From: Oscillospiraceae bacterium
GTDB lineage: Bacteria; Bacillota; Clostridia; Oscillospirales; Oscillospiraceae
DNA: 64,000 bases
Assembly (NCBI GenBank): GCA_045640565.1
Contig: JAZUFG010000114.1
Coordinates: 1,846-65,845, forward strand
Direction: 5' to 3'
Part shown: one piece after another, positions 19,319 through 29,122 of the stretch
How positions within the stretch are numbered: position 1 is the stretch's first letter
Layout of the letters: every line of letters starts with the position of its first letter
Notes under the pieces: model-generated
Told to the model about the DNA's origin: nothing
The model's database searches: none
What the model saw: only the letters and a program-made list of their open reading frames with translations
Made by a program: the position numbers and the translations under genes

Positions 19319-20512
19319 ATGAACTCTTTTATCATCAAAAAATTCATTAAAAATTACGAGGATACGGATTCCCCTTCCGTCCGGGCTTCCTATGGAAGAG
19401 TCAGCGGCATTTTCGGAATCTTGGGGAACTTCTTTCTCTTTCTGGCAAAGCTGATCATCGGCAGCCTTTCCGGATCCGTTTCCATTACCGCCGATGCCAT
19501 CAATAACCTTTCCGATGCTTCCTCTTCCCTCATAACCCTGGCCGGCTTCAAGCTTGCTTCCAAACCCGCCGATGAAAAGCACCCTTACGGTCATGCCAGA
19601 ATCGAATATTTCTCCGCTCTGATTGTATCCGTGCTGATCCTGGTCATTGGTGTGGAACTGGGAAAATCCTCCATTGAGAAAATTCTCCATCCGGAGGCCG
19701 TGGAATTCTCCCTGGCCCTCGTTCTGGTTTTGGTCCTTTCCATGGCCGTAAAATTCTGGATGGGCGGCACCTTGAAAGAAATGGGAACGCGCATCCATTC
19801 TTCCGCTCTGATTGCCTCCGGCACCGATTCCCGGAACGATGTGATCTCCACGGGCGTCGTGCTTCTGAGCTGTATTGTCGGCAAAATCACCGGGCTGCGA
19901 ATCGACGGCTACATGGGCCTTCTGGTGGCGATTCTCATTCTAAAATCCGGCATTGATATTGCCAAGGAGACCCTTGACCCCCTGCTGGGTGCCGCACCCG
20001 ACCCGGACCTGATGCAAAAGGTGACCGACGACCTGATGGCAGAGCCCCTGGTACTGGGTATTCATGACATGATGATCCACGACTACGGTCCCGGCCGTTC
20101 CATCGGCTCCGTCCATGCGGAAATTGACTGCAAGACCGACGTCATGGAGGCCCATGAGGCCATAGATGATCTGGAAAAGCTCTGCCTGGAAAAGCACAAG
20201 GTTCTCATGACCATCCACTACGATCCCATCGTGACCGACGATGAAGAGCTGAACCGGATGAAGGAAAAAGCCAATCGGATCATTCAGGAAATCAACCCCG
20301 AACTTCTCCTGCATGATTTTCGCATGGTCCGCGGAAAGGGTCATACCAATTTGATTTTTGATCTGGTCATTCCCTTCTCTCTATCCAAGGAAAAAGATAC
20401 GCTTAAGGATGATATTCAAAAGCGCCTGCAGGAAGGCGAGGAAATGACTTATTATGCCGTGATTGAATTTGACCTCAAGAGTTTTAACCAAGCAAAAACG
20501 GAGCCTCAATGA
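19319..20512 (+). CDS. cation diffusion facilitator family transporter
   Basis: Six TM helices with the HPYGHARIEY motif and a C-terminal cytoplasmic domain. Confidence 0.85.
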   Translation: MNSFIIKKFIKNYEDTDSPSVRASYGRVSGIFGILGNFFLFLAKLIIGSLSGSVSITADAINNLSDASSSLITLAGFKLASKPADEKHPYGHARIEYFSALIVSVLILVIGVELGKSSIEKILHPEAVEFSLALVLVLVLSMAVKFWMGGTLKEMGTRIHSSALIASGTDSRNDVISTGVVLLSCIVGKITGLRIDGYMGLLVAILILKSGIDIAKETLDPLLGAAPDPDLMQKVTDDLMAEPLVLGIHDMMIHDYGPGRSIGSVHAEIDCKTDVMEAHEAIDDLEKLCLEKHKVLMTIHYDPIVTDDEELNRMKEKANRIIQEINPELLLHDFRMVRGKGHTNLIFDLVIPFSLSKEKDTLKDDIQKRLQEGEEMTYYAVIEFDLKSFNQAKTEPQ

Positions 20513-21864
20513 ATAACAGTTTATCCTCAGACAAAATTGAACTTTTTGAAAGCCTGAAAGTCAGCAGAGCCGTTGCAAAATTGGCAGTTCCCACAGTGGT
20601 CGGCAGCCTTGTGATGATCCTCTACAATCTGACGGACACGTTCTTCGTCGGCATGCTGGATGACCCCATTGAGACCACTGCCGTCACCCTGATCGCGCCT
20701 CTGATTCTCCTCTTTAACGCCGTGAACAACCTTTTCGGCGTGGGAACGGGGAGCATGATGAGCCGGGCCTTAGGGCAAAAAGACTATGAATCCGTCAAGC
20801 GGACCTCTTCCTTCGGCTTCTACGCCGCCCTCCTTTCCGGTCTCTTCTTTTCCATTGCCTCTCTCCTCTTCCGGGATCCCATTCTGCAGCTTCTGGGCTC
20901 TGGGGAAGCAGACCGGCAGGCTACTGTGGCCTACATGAAATGGACCGTGCTTTTCGGGGCAACGCCCGCCATACTGAATGTTGTGCTGGGGAATATGGTC
21001 CGTTCCGAAGGCTGCGCTCTGCACGCAACCGTGGGGACCGTCAGCGGATGCCTTCTCAACATTCTCCTGGACCCCTTCTTTATTCTTCCCCGCTATCTGG
21101 GCCTAGGGGCCGAAGGGGCCGGCCTTGCCACCTGCCTGGCAAACTCCGCCGCCTGCCTTTATTTCTTCGCCTATATGCTCCTGAAACGGAAGAGCAGTTT
21201 CGTCAATGCAAGCCCCTCCTATGCCATTCCCGGCCGGAGGATCGTGAAGGAAGTATTCGGCGTCGGCATTCCCGCGGCGATTCAGAATATTCTGAACGTG
21301 AGCGGCATGACCATTCTCAACAATCGGATGGCGTTTTACGGGGCAGAGGCCGTCTCTGCAATGGGGATCGCCCACAAAATCGCCATGCTGCCCATGTATG
21401 TTTCCATGGGGATCGGTCAGGGCATCATGCCCCTGGTCGGTTATAACTACGCCTCCGGTAACAAGCAGAGAATTCGTGACACCCTCTTTTTTACAATAAA
21501 AATATCCGGTGTCCTCGTGCTTCTTATCGCAGGTTCTTTCCTGGCATTTCCCCGGGCAATCATGCAAACCTTCATGGAAAACAAACTGGTGGTAGATTAC
21601 GGCTCCGCCTTTCTCCGGGGGCTCAGTTTTGCCTCCCCCTTCCTGGCGATGGATTTTCTTGCCGTCGGTGTTTTCCAGGCTTGCGGATTGGGAAAATATT
21701 CCTTCCGCTTTGCCATTGCCCGGAAAATCCTTCTGGAGATTCCCGCGATCCTTCTTCTGGATCTTCTCTTTCCCATGTACGGAATTGCCTATTCCCAACT
21801 GATCGCAGAGAGCGTCCTCGCAGTCTTTGCCGTAATCCTTCTGCGCAGGATCATTCGGGAATGA
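20509..21864 (+). CDS. MATE family efflux transporter
   Basis: 451 aa, 12 TM, N-terminal pattern PTVVGSLVMILYNLTDTFFVG. ATGA overlap with the CDF gene. Confidence 0.85.
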   Translation: MNNSLSSDKIELFESLKVSRAVAKLAVPTVVGSLVMILYNLTDTFFVGMLDDPIETTAVTLIAPLILLFNAVNNLFGVGTGSMMSRALGQKDYESVKRTSSFGFYAALLSGLFFSIASLLFRDPILQLLGSGEADRQATVAYMKWTVLFGATPAILNVVLGNMVRSEGCALHATVGTVSGCLLNILLDPFFILPRYLGLGAEGAGLATCLANSAACLYFFAYMLLKRKSSFVNASPSYAIPGRRIVKEVFGVGIPAAIQNILNVSGMTILNNRMAFYGAEAVSAMGIAHKIAMLPMYVSMGIGQGIMPLVGYNYASGNKQRIRDTLFFTIKISGVLVLLIAGSFLAFPRAIMQTFMENKLVVDYGSAFLRGLSFASPFLAMDFLAVGVFQACGLGKYSFRFAIARKILLEIPAILLLDLLFPMYGIAYSQLIAESVLAVFAVILLRRIIRE

Positions 21865-21918
21865 AAGATCGTCTTCCCTTTTATCTTGAAATATCTTTAT
21901 CAATAAGGAGTATTTATT

Positions 21919-22737
21919 ATGCTGTCGCTACAAGAAGAATGGACAGGAAAAGTCGCAATCATTACCGGCGGTTCCATCGGAATCGGCAGAGGCTGCGCGG
22001 AAATATTCACAGAGGTGGGTGCCAATGTTGTCATCTGCGGCAGAAATGCCGCCGTTGGCGAAAAGACAGCAAAAGAAATCACGGAGCGGGGCTACGGCGT
22101 CTGCACTTTTTTCCAGGCAGATGTCAGCAAGGAAGCGCAGGTCAAGGCGCTTGTGGATTTTACCGTTGAAAAATACGGCAGGCTGGACTGCATTATCAAT
22201 AACGCCGGTTATTATCCCGCCGAAAAACGCATTGACGATGTCCTTGAGGAGGATATTGACGCCGTTTTCAAGACGAATTTTTACGGTGTCGTCTTCGGCT
22301 GCAAGCATGCGCTGAAGCACATCCGGAAGACAAAAGGTGCCGTAATCAATGTGAGCAGCGTGGAATCCATTCAGGGTATGGAATCTGCCTTTGCCTACAC
22401 GGCAACCAAAGGTGCCATTGACACCTTCACAAAGTCCCTGGCCATCGATGAAGCCAAAAACGGAGTTCGGGTCAATGCTCTCCGTCCCGGAAATATTCTG
22501 ACGGAAATGTACTATTCCAACCTTTCCCGCGAGCCGGACAAAGAAGCCTATGAGGAATACCAGAAAAAGGTCCAGTGGTGGGGCCGAGGCGGACAGCCCC
22601 GCGAAATGGGCACCGCTGCCCTCTTCCTTGCCAGCAATTCCATGGCCAGCTTTGTCACCGGTACCACTTTGCTTGCAACCGGCGGCTATGAAATCGGAGA
22701 ATCCCCGAAGATTCACCGGATGGAGTGGAACCAATAA
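21919..22737 (+). CDS. SDR family oxidoreductase
   Basis: TGGSIGIG cofactor motif, NNAG, and a YTATK catalytic Tyr-Lys. Confidence 0.85.
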   Translation: MLSLQEEWTGKVAIITGGSIGIGRGCAEIFTEVGANVVICGRNAAVGEKTAKEITERGYGVCTFFQADVSKEAQVKALVDFTVEKYGRLDCIINNAGYYPAEKRIDDVLEEDIDAVFKTNFYGVVFGCKHALKHIRKTKGAVINVSSVESIQGMESAFAYTATKGAIDTFTKSLAIDEAKNGVRVNALRPGNILTEMYYSNLSREPDKEAYEEYQKKVQWWGRGGQPREMGTAALFLASNSMASFVTGTTLLATGGYEIGESPKIHRMEWNQ

Positions 22738-22756
22738 CTATCCACACATATAAACA

Positions 22757-22798
22757 GGGTGCGCTGCAAATCGGGAATTTGCAGCGCACCCTTTATTT
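22757..22798. terminator. rho-independent terminator between convergent genes
   Basis: Perfect 15-bp stem GGGTGCGCTGCAAAT/ATTTGCAGCGCACCC with a 5-nt loop, then TTTATTTT. Confidence 0.75.
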
Positions 22799-22807
22799 TC
22801 AGTATTA

Positions 22808-23740
22808 TTACATCAGCTCTTCGATCCGAATCTGCGGGAGGAGAGCTTCCATTTCCTCTGCGGTAGCCGTCTCGCTGCCCGGATGCATGACATGAGCAGA
22901 AGATATAGCCATGGATCGCTGACAGATCTCGCTCCATGAGCAGCCCTGCTCCGAATAATAAGCCAGAGCAGCCATCATGGAATCTCCGGCGCCGGTCTGC
23001 CCCTTCACGGGCACTTTTACCGTAAAGCCGCGAAGGACCTGATTCTCCGTGACGAAAAGCGCTCCTTCCGCTCCCAGGGATACTACCACCCGTTCGATCC
23101 CCCGCTCCACCAATTCCTTGGCGGCGGCGATCACATCAATATCATAATAGAGATGGCGACCGCAAATATCCTCCAGCTCCGACTTGTTGGGCTTGATCAG
23201 GAAGGGCTTTTCTTCAATAGCCATAAGCATCGGCGTGCCCACCATATCCATGCAGACCTTCGCCCCTGCGGCCTTCATCTCGCGGACCCAGCCGGCAATC
23301 AGATCATCCGGAGTTTCCGGCGGAACCGTACCCGCGAAAACGACATAATCCCCGGGATGGACCCGGCGGGAAAGATTGGAAAAAACGTCCTCAAAGGTCT
23401 GTTTCTCCACTGCACCGCCCCGCTCATTGATCTCCGTAGAAGAATGCATGGATTCGTCCATGAGCTTAATGTTGGTCCGGGTCGGGGTCTCCGACATGGA
23501 AAAAACCGAATTGATGCCCATTTCTGCCAGACAATGCTGAATATAAAGGCCGCTCTCCCCGCCCAGAATCCCCATTGCCAGGGTATCGCCCCCCAGAGCA
23601 TGAACTGTCTTGGAAACATTGATACCCTTGCCGCCGGCATCCAGGCGGGTGCTGGAAACGCGGTTCGTTCCGTTAATCGTCAATCTCGGGAGGAATACGG
23701 TTTTATCCATTGCGGGATTCAATGTCACTGTTAGAATCAT
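22808..23740 (-). CDS. 1-phosphofructokinase family (PfkB) hexose-phosphate kinase
   Basis: MILTVTLNPAMDKT, GGKGINVS, and the C-terminal GAGDSMMAA anion-hole motif. ATG at 23740 is 6 nt after GGAGG. The track start at 23746 is a TTG. Confidence 0.8.
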   Translation of the reverse strand: MILTVTLNPAMDKTVFLPRLTINGTNRVSSTRLDAGGKGINVSKTVHALGGDTLAMGILGGESGLYIQHCLAEMGINSVFSMSETPTRTNIKLMDESMHSSTEINERGGAVEKQTFEDVFSNLSRRVHPGDYVVFAGTVPPETPDDLIAGWVREMKAAGAKVCMDMVGTPMLMAIEEKPFLIKPNKSELEDICGRHLYYDIDVIAAAKELVERGIERVVVSLGAEGALFVTENQVLRGFTVKVPVKGQTGAGDSMMAALAYYSEQGCSWSEICQRSMAISSAHVMHPGSETATAEEMEALLPQIRIEELM

Positions 23741-23814
23741 AGCCAACCTCCTAAGAAAAATGTTGTTATATTATAACGGATTTCCTGTAAAAAGGCAAGA
23801 AATTTTTCGTTTTC

Positions 23815-24393
23815 TCATACCTCTCCGACATTCAGGGACTCCAATTCCCCGGCATAATCAAAGGGAAGATCCTTCAGGAGAATTTCCCGCAGGAAACGGA
23901 AAGTTTCCTCCTCGCCCTTTTTTGCAAGAAGAGTCAGGATATAGCGGACCTTCAGGGAGGAAACCGGATTCATGAAGCGGGTCTCCCCTGCAATGGAATA
24001 ATAATTCAGTGCGCCTGCATCCGTATAATTTTTCCCCAGGTAGGTTTTGCTGGCAGCGATCCGGTCCATGATCATCTCGGCCAGGTAACGGGGCGGGATC
24101 TCCACCGGATGATAGGCTTTCGTCTGGGGATCTATATCCGTCCAATATTCAAAATGGTGTTTGTTTCTTCCCTTGTGGTGCAGCCATGCCTTGGAGTAGC
24201 CGTTTTGTTCCCGTTCCTCCGCATTGGGACTGCGGGTACCCTGGTAATACTTTACCCCGGGCCAGAACTCCACGGGGGAATACTTGGAAAGGTCATGGGT
24301 CAGGCCCTGGTAGTAGAGGCCCAGGGCAAAACAGCCCTTCCGCACCAGGCGGCGGTGGTGATTCACTGTTTTTAGGTGGCCAAAGAAATTCAT
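23815..24393 (-). CDS. DUF5662-like protein (unknown function)
   Basis: HDLSKYSP ... YYQG.RSP ... AWLHHKGRNKHHFEYW pattern, as I recall for DUF5662 proteins. Start at the internal M (MNFFGHL). Confidence 0.5.
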   Translation of the reverse strand: MNFFGHLKTVNHHRRLVRKGCFALGLYYQGLTHDLSKYSPVEFWPGVKYYQGTRSPNAEEREQNGYSKAWLHHKGRNKHHFEYWTDIDPQTKAYHPVEIPPRYLAEMIMDRIAASKTYLGKNYTDAGALNYYSIAGETRFMNPVSSLKVRYILTLLAKKGEEETFRFLREILLKDLPFDYAGELESLNVGEV

Positions 24394-24412
24394 AAACTGC
24401 TCCTTTTCATGA

Positions 24413-24441
24413 TTGCAAGGAAAAATAGGATTCGGTATAAT
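24413..24441 (+). promoter_or_regulatory. sigma-A type promoter for yqeC-like gene
   Basis: TTGCAA (24413-24418), 17-nt spacer, TATAAT (24436-24441). Confidence 0.5.
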
Positions 24442-24472
24442 AGCAGAAAAAAAGATGATTTGAGGGTTTTCC

Positions 24473-25141
24473 ATGAAGATTTCCGAGCTTTTGGGTGTTC
24501 ACAAAGGAATCACGAGTCTGGCAGGAAGCGGTGGTAAAAGCACCCTTCTTCACCTGTTGGCCGAAGAAGCCGAAGGCACTGTCATTCTCTGCACCAGCAC
24601 CCACATGCGCCTTCCCGAAAAGTCGGACTATCCTTTCTTCTCCTCCGGGAAGGAGGAGCTCCCGGCTGCCCTGCAAAGGAACGGGAAAATCTATCTGGGC
24701 AGGGAGGAAACGGGCAGTGGAAAAATGATCGCGCCGGATTGTCCCATTGAAAATCTGCGGACTTTTGCAGACTATGTTTTCGTGGAGGCGGACGGCTCCA
24801 GAGGGCTGCCCATGAAGGCCCATCTGCCCCATGAGCCGGCGATCCCCTCCGGTTCTGACCTTGTCCTCTGTGTCCTCGGAAATTCCTGCTTTGGGCGGCC
24901 TGTCGCGGAGGTCTGCCACCGGCCCGAGCTTCTGAAGAAACGCTTCGGGGTCGGGCCGGAGGAAAAGGTCCTTCCGGAGCTGGCAGCAGAACTGCTCCTT
25001 TCAGAGTATTCCTTTGATAAACTTTTTCTAAACCAATGTGACGGGGATTATCAAAACGCCGAGGCTCTTGCCCGGCTTCTCCCCATCCCTGTGTATGCCG
25101 GGAGCCTTCTCCGAAGGGAATGGAGGCTCATCGCTCCCTAG
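24473..25141 (+). CDS. yqeC: YqeC-like P-loop accessory protein (putative selenium-dependent hydroxylase accessory family)
   Basis: P-loop LAGSGGKSTLL. TSTHM, VEADGSRGLP and KAH..HEP motifs as I recall for YqeC. Confidence 0.65.
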   Translation: MKISELLGVHKGITSLAGSGGKSTLLHLLAEEAEGTVILCTSTHMRLPEKSDYPFFSSGKEELPAALQRNGKIYLGREETGSGKMIAPDCPIENLRTFADYVFVEADGSRGLPMKAHLPHEPAIPSGSDLVLCVLGNSCFGRPVAEVCHRPELLKKRFGVGPEEKVLPELAAELLLSEYSFDKLFLNQCDGDYQNAEALARLLPIPVYAGSLLRREWRLIAP

Positions 25142-25976
25142 AGTCGGAATCAAAGCGCAGGGCATAGCCGCAGCGGCGGCAAAGGTCCTCCGCCCTTTTT
25201 CTTCCGGAAAAGCCGTCATAAATGGCCTTTGCCCGGGGAGAAGCCAGGATATCCTCCATGGTCTTACTATGGAGGTTTCCCAAAGCCAAGCTCCCCTCGT
25301 GATCCAGGCAGCAGGGAACCACCGTTCCGTCCACCAAAACGCCCAGCTGATCCCGGAGCCCATAGCAAAAGCCGTCAGGCCCGTTATCCCCGGCAGCTGC
25401 CTCGGGCCAATCAAATTTATCGCCATAATTCAGATAGCAGTTCTCTGCCAAACGGTAACCGCTGCGCTCCCTGCGCCATTCTCCGGGAAAGGCCGCATGG
25501 AGGGCAGCTTCTATTTTTGCGTTTTGAAGATTGGCGCCGCCCCCATTCCAAAGACGATAGGAAACGATGAAGGGCCGCTCCGAAGGCAGTGAGAAACAGG
25601 AAGCCAGATAGTCCCCGAGGCTGAGAGCTCCGAGGGAATTTGCTTCAAAGGAATGAAGAGAAATATTCACTTTATGCAACGCCCCGGCCCCCAGAAGAAT
25701 CGGAAGCTTCTCCCGGAAGAGAGTGCCGTTGGTGGTCAGAATGACCCGAAAGCCCACCTCTCCCGCGAAATGAAGAAAATCCTTCAGAAACGGATGGGAA
25801 AGAGGTTCCCCCATGAGATGGAAATAGAGATAATCCGTATAGGGGCGGAGCTTCGGGAGAAGCTCCCGGAAATCCGGGAGGGACATATCCGCAGGGGGCC
25901 GCTTCGTTCCGGGGCAGAAGGAACAGGAGAGATTACACCGATTCGTGATTTCCAGATAAATTTTATTGAAACGCAT
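25128..25976 (-). CDS. radical SAM / SPASM-domain protein
   Basis: CNLSCSFC (CxxxCxxC) at the N-terminus. C-terminal Cys cluster CYG..VVPCCLD...CRRCGY. ATG at 25976 follows GGGGGAG. The track start at 26162 is an upstream read-through. Confidence 0.8.
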   Translation of the reverse strand: MRFNKIYLEITNRCNLSCSFCPGTKRPPADMSLPDFRELLPKLRPYTDYLYFHLMGEPLSHPFLKDFLHFAGEVGFRVILTTNGTLFREKLPILLGAGALHKVNISLHSFEANSLGALSLGDYLASCFSLPSERPFIVSYRLWNGGGANLQNAKIEAALHAAFPGEWRRERSGYRLAENCYLNYGDKFDWPEAAAGDNGPDGFCYGLRDQLGVLVDGTVVPCCLDHEGSLALGNLHSKTMEDILASPRAKAIYDGFSGRKRAEDLCRRCGYALRFDSDSRER

Positions 25977-26116
25977 AGCATTCTCCCCCAAAATGATGCT
26001 GAAATTATAGCACATTAGCCGTAAATGAGCAAGAAAATGCAATGAAATTATAAGGAACATCTTGTACTTTTTACGAAAATGAGTATAATGGTTTTGATTA
26101 GATATTATAAGGGCGG

Positions 26117-27610
26117 GTGTTGGCTTTGAATCAGATCGGTTTTGATAATGAAAAATATACACAGCTTCAGACCGGAAAAATTCTGGAACGGGTGGAATCC
26201 TTCGGTGGAAAGCTCTATCTGGAATTCGGCGGAAAGCTCTTCGACGACTTCCACGCCTCCAGAGTCCTTCCCGGCTTTAAGCCCGACAGCAAGATGCAGA
26301 TGCTCCTCACGATCAAGGACCAGGCAGAGATCGTCATCGCCATTTCCTCCTCCGACATTGAAAGCAACAAGCGCCGGGGAGATTACGGCATCACTTATGA
26401 CACGGATGTCCTTCGCCTGATCGACGCCTTCCGGGATATCGGCCTCTATGTAGGCAGCGTGGTCCTGACCAAATTTCAGGGGCAGAATGCTGCCGTTCAG
26501 TTCCAGGCAAAGCTGGAAGGCTTAGGAATCAAGGTTTACCGCCACTACCCCATCGAGAACTATCCCTCTGACGTGGACTTTATCGTCAGCCCCGAGGGCT
26601 TCGGAAAGAACGATTTCATTGAAACCACCCGGCCCGTCGTGGTGGTGACTGCCCCCGGCCCGGGCAGCGGCAAAATGGCCACTTGCCTGAGCCAGCTCTA
26701 CCATGAGCAGGAGCGGGGTGTCTCCGCCGGCTATGCAAAGTTTGAGACCTTCCCTATCTGGAATCTGCCCCTCAAGCATCCCGTGAATCTGGCCTATGAG
26801 GCGGCAACGGCTGACCTCTCCGATGTGAACATGATCGACCCCTACCATTGGGATGCCTACCATGAGACCACGGTGAACTACAACCGGGATATTGAAATTT
26901 TCCCGGTCCTGGAGGCCATCTTCAAGAGAATCAGCGGCAGCTGCCGCTATAAGAGCCCCACGGACATGGGCGTGAACATGATCGGCTATGCGATCTCCGA
27001 TGACGAGGTCTGCAGAGAGGCCTCCCGGCAGGAGATCATCCGCAGATACCTGACCGCGAAGAGCAACAAGCGGAAGGGCCTTTCCGACGGAAAGGATATC
27101 AAGAAGCTGGAAGTTCTCATGAGTGAGCTGAACCTGGAGCCCGGCATGCGTGCCTGCGTTCCCCCGGCTCTCAAGCGGGCGGAGGAAACCGGCGGACCCG
27201 CAACGGCCATTGAGCTGCCCGACGGACATATCGTCACCGGCAAGACCTCCGGCCTGATGGGCGCCTCCTCAGCTGCCCTCATGAACGGACTCAAATATCT
27301 GGCGGGGATTCAGGATGACATTGTTCTTCTGGCTCCGGCGGTCATTGAACCTATCCAGCAGCTGAAGGTACAGAATCTGGGCAGCAAGAACCGTCTGCTC
27401 CACATTGACGAGGTCCTCATTACCCTGGCCATCTGTGCCGTTTTCAATCCTGCCGCAGATGCGGCCCTGAAGCAGTTGGACAAGATGCGGGGCAGTGAGG
27501 TCCATACCACGGTCATTCTCTCCAACACAGACGAAAGCACCTTCAAGAAGCTGGGCTTCCATGTGACCATGGAACCCGTTTACCAGAACGCCAAGCTTTA
27601 TCACAAGTGA
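26117..27610 (+). CDS. DUF1846 (UPF0371) family protein
   Basis: The N-terminus IGFDNEKYTQLQ and the ~495 aa length match my memory of this family. The start is uncertain: GTG 26117 or TTG 26126. Confidence 0.7.
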   Translation: MLALNQIGFDNEKYTQLQTGKILERVESFGGKLYLEFGGKLFDDFHASRVLPGFKPDSKMQMLLTIKDQAEIVIAISSSDIESNKRRGDYGITYDTDVLRLIDAFRDIGLYVGSVVLTKFQGQNAAVQFQAKLEGLGIKVYRHYPIENYPSDVDFIVSPEGFGKNDFIETTRPVVVVTAPGPGSGKMATCLSQLYHEQERGVSAGYAKFETFPIWNLPLKHPVNLAYEAATADLSDVNMIDPYHWDAYHETTVNYNRDIEIFPVLEAIFKRISGSCRYKSPTDMGVNMIGYAISDDEVCREASRQEIIRRYLTAKSNKRKGLSDGKDIKKLEVLMSELNLEPGMRACVPPALKRAEETGGPATAIELPDGHIVTGKTSGLMGASSAALMNGLKYLAGIQDDIVLLAPAVIEPIQQLKVQNLGSKNRLLHIDEVLITLAICAVFNPAADAALKQLDKMRGSEVHTTVILSNTDESTFKKLGFHVTMEPVYQNAKLYHK

Positions 27611-27667
27611 GGCTTACTGCAGGAATACCCTGCAGCCCAGTGACCATTTCCAATGAAGGAGGATTAT

Positions 27668-29119
27668 ATGGCAACTCCCCATAAGCGCAAGAAGCTTCCC
27701 AGGTGGCGGCGTGTTCTCCGCCATTATCTGCCTCTCATTTCTCTGATTCTTGCCTTTCTGCTCATCCTTGTTCTCCTCTTCTCTGCCGTCCGGGCGATTT
27801 TCCGGAGCATAAAAGGGAAGGCAGCCCAGCGGAAGGAAGAGACAGCCCTGGAAACCCGGGTTGAAGAGCCCCAAGAAGCAGAGCCGGAGCCTGTTGACTA
27901 TGCGGCTCTCCGGCAGGAATACCTTGCCAAATCGGAGATCATCACCAAGAGTTACGACTATGAGGGCGCCATAGCCCTTCTCAATAGCTTGCCTCCCGAG
28001 GAACAGACCGACGAGGTCAAGAGCAAGCTGGAGCTCTATAAGGCAGAGGATGCCAAGCTGGTCCCCTACCGGTATATGGATTCTATCACCCACGTCTTTT
28101 TCCACTCCCTAGTGGTGGATAACGAACGGGCCTTTGACGGAGACTCCAAGGAGCGGGGCTATAACCTCTATATGACTACAATTTCGGAGTTTAACGCCAT
28201 TTTGGACAGCCTTTATGAAAAGGGCTATGTGCTCGTGACGCCCCACCAGGTAGCCGGGGAAATCACAGATGCCGCAGGAACCCATTTCGGCTATCTGGAA
28301 ATCCGCTTGCCTGAGGGGAAAAAGCCCATCATGATGAGCCAGGATGATGTAAACTACTACGGCTACATGATTGGCAATCAGGAGGGCATGGATGAAATTC
28401 CCGTCTTTGCCACCAAGGACGGAGACGGTTTCGCTTCCCGGATCGTCATCGGGGAGGACGGATATCCCACCTGCGAGTACATGGACAGGGACGGAAACGT
28501 TTCCTATGGGGATTATGACCTGGTGCCGATCCTGGAACATTTCTGCCAGGAGCACCCGGACTTCTCTTACCGAGGAGCCAGAGCTGTGCTGGGCGTCACA
28601 GGTTATGAAGGCGTTTTCGGCTACCGGACCAAGCCCAGCTACGAGGACGCTCTGGGCAGTGAGCGCTATAAGCAGGAATGCGAGGATGCCATCCGGGTCT
28701 CCAATGTGCTGAAGGAGCAGGGCTGGCTGATCGCAAGCCACAGCTACGGGCATCCCGCCTACGGCGAAATTATTGACGAAAAAGTCAAAATTGACTCCGA
28801 CAAATGGGAGGATACAGTCCAGCCCATTGTGGGAGACACGGATATTCTTCTCTACCCCCACGGCAGCGACATCGCAGACACCTCCCATTACACGGAAACA
28901 AACGCCAAGTTTACGGCCCTCTATGAAGACGGTTACCGCTATTTCTTCAATGTGGACAACGCCGTCGCCTGGCATCAGCTGGGAGAGAACTATTTCCGTG
29001 GCAACCGGAGAGACCTGGACGGTTTCCGGATGTATCACTACCCGGATTCTATGAATGACCTGATCGACGCCTCGGCCATTCTGGACCAGGGAAGAACCCT
29101 TCCCGTGCCCTATATTTAA
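27668..29119 (+). CDS. membrane-anchored polysaccharide deacetylase-like protein
   Basis: Basic N-terminus plus one TM helix. The extracellular domain has SHSYGHP and MSQDDVNYYGY segments. ATG at 27668 follows AAGGAGG. Tandem stops TAA TAG. Confidence 0.6.
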   Translation: MATPHKRKKLPRWRRVLRHYLPLISLILAFLLILVLLFSAVRAIFRSIKGKAAQRKEETALETRVEEPQEAEPEPVDYAALRQEYLAKSEIITKSYDYEGAIALLNSLPPEEQTDEVKSKLELYKAEDAKLVPYRYMDSITHVFFHSLVVDNERAFDGDSKERGYNLYMTTISEFNAILDSLYEKGYVLVTPHQVAGEITDAAGTHFGYLEIRLPEGKKPIMMSQDDVNYYGYMIGNQEGMDEIPVFATKDGDGFASRIVIGEDGYPTCEYMDRDGNVSYGDYDLVPILEHFCQEHPDFSYRGARAVLGVTGYEGVFGYRTKPSYEDALGSERYKQECEDAIRVSNVLKEQGWLIASHSYGHPAYGEIIDEKVKIDSDKWEDTVQPIVGDTDILLYPHGSDIADTSHYTETNAKFTALYEDGYRYFFNVDNAVAWHQLGENYFRGNRRDLDGFRMYHYPDSMNDLIDASAILDQGRTLPVPYI

Positions 29120-29122
29120 TAG

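Noticed and set aside
25977-26162. 62-codon upstream extension of the radical SAM ORF.
   Set aside because: It overlaps the divergent DUF1846 start and the promoter region and has no SD. MRFNKIYLEITNRCNLSC at ATG 25976 is the normal radical SAM N-terminus.
27611-27667. CTGCAGG-AATAC-CCTGCAG hairpin after the DUF1846 gene, as a terminator.
   Set aside because: No U-run follows. The SD of the next gene lies about 20 nt downstream. It may be only a stabilising stem, and it is not called.
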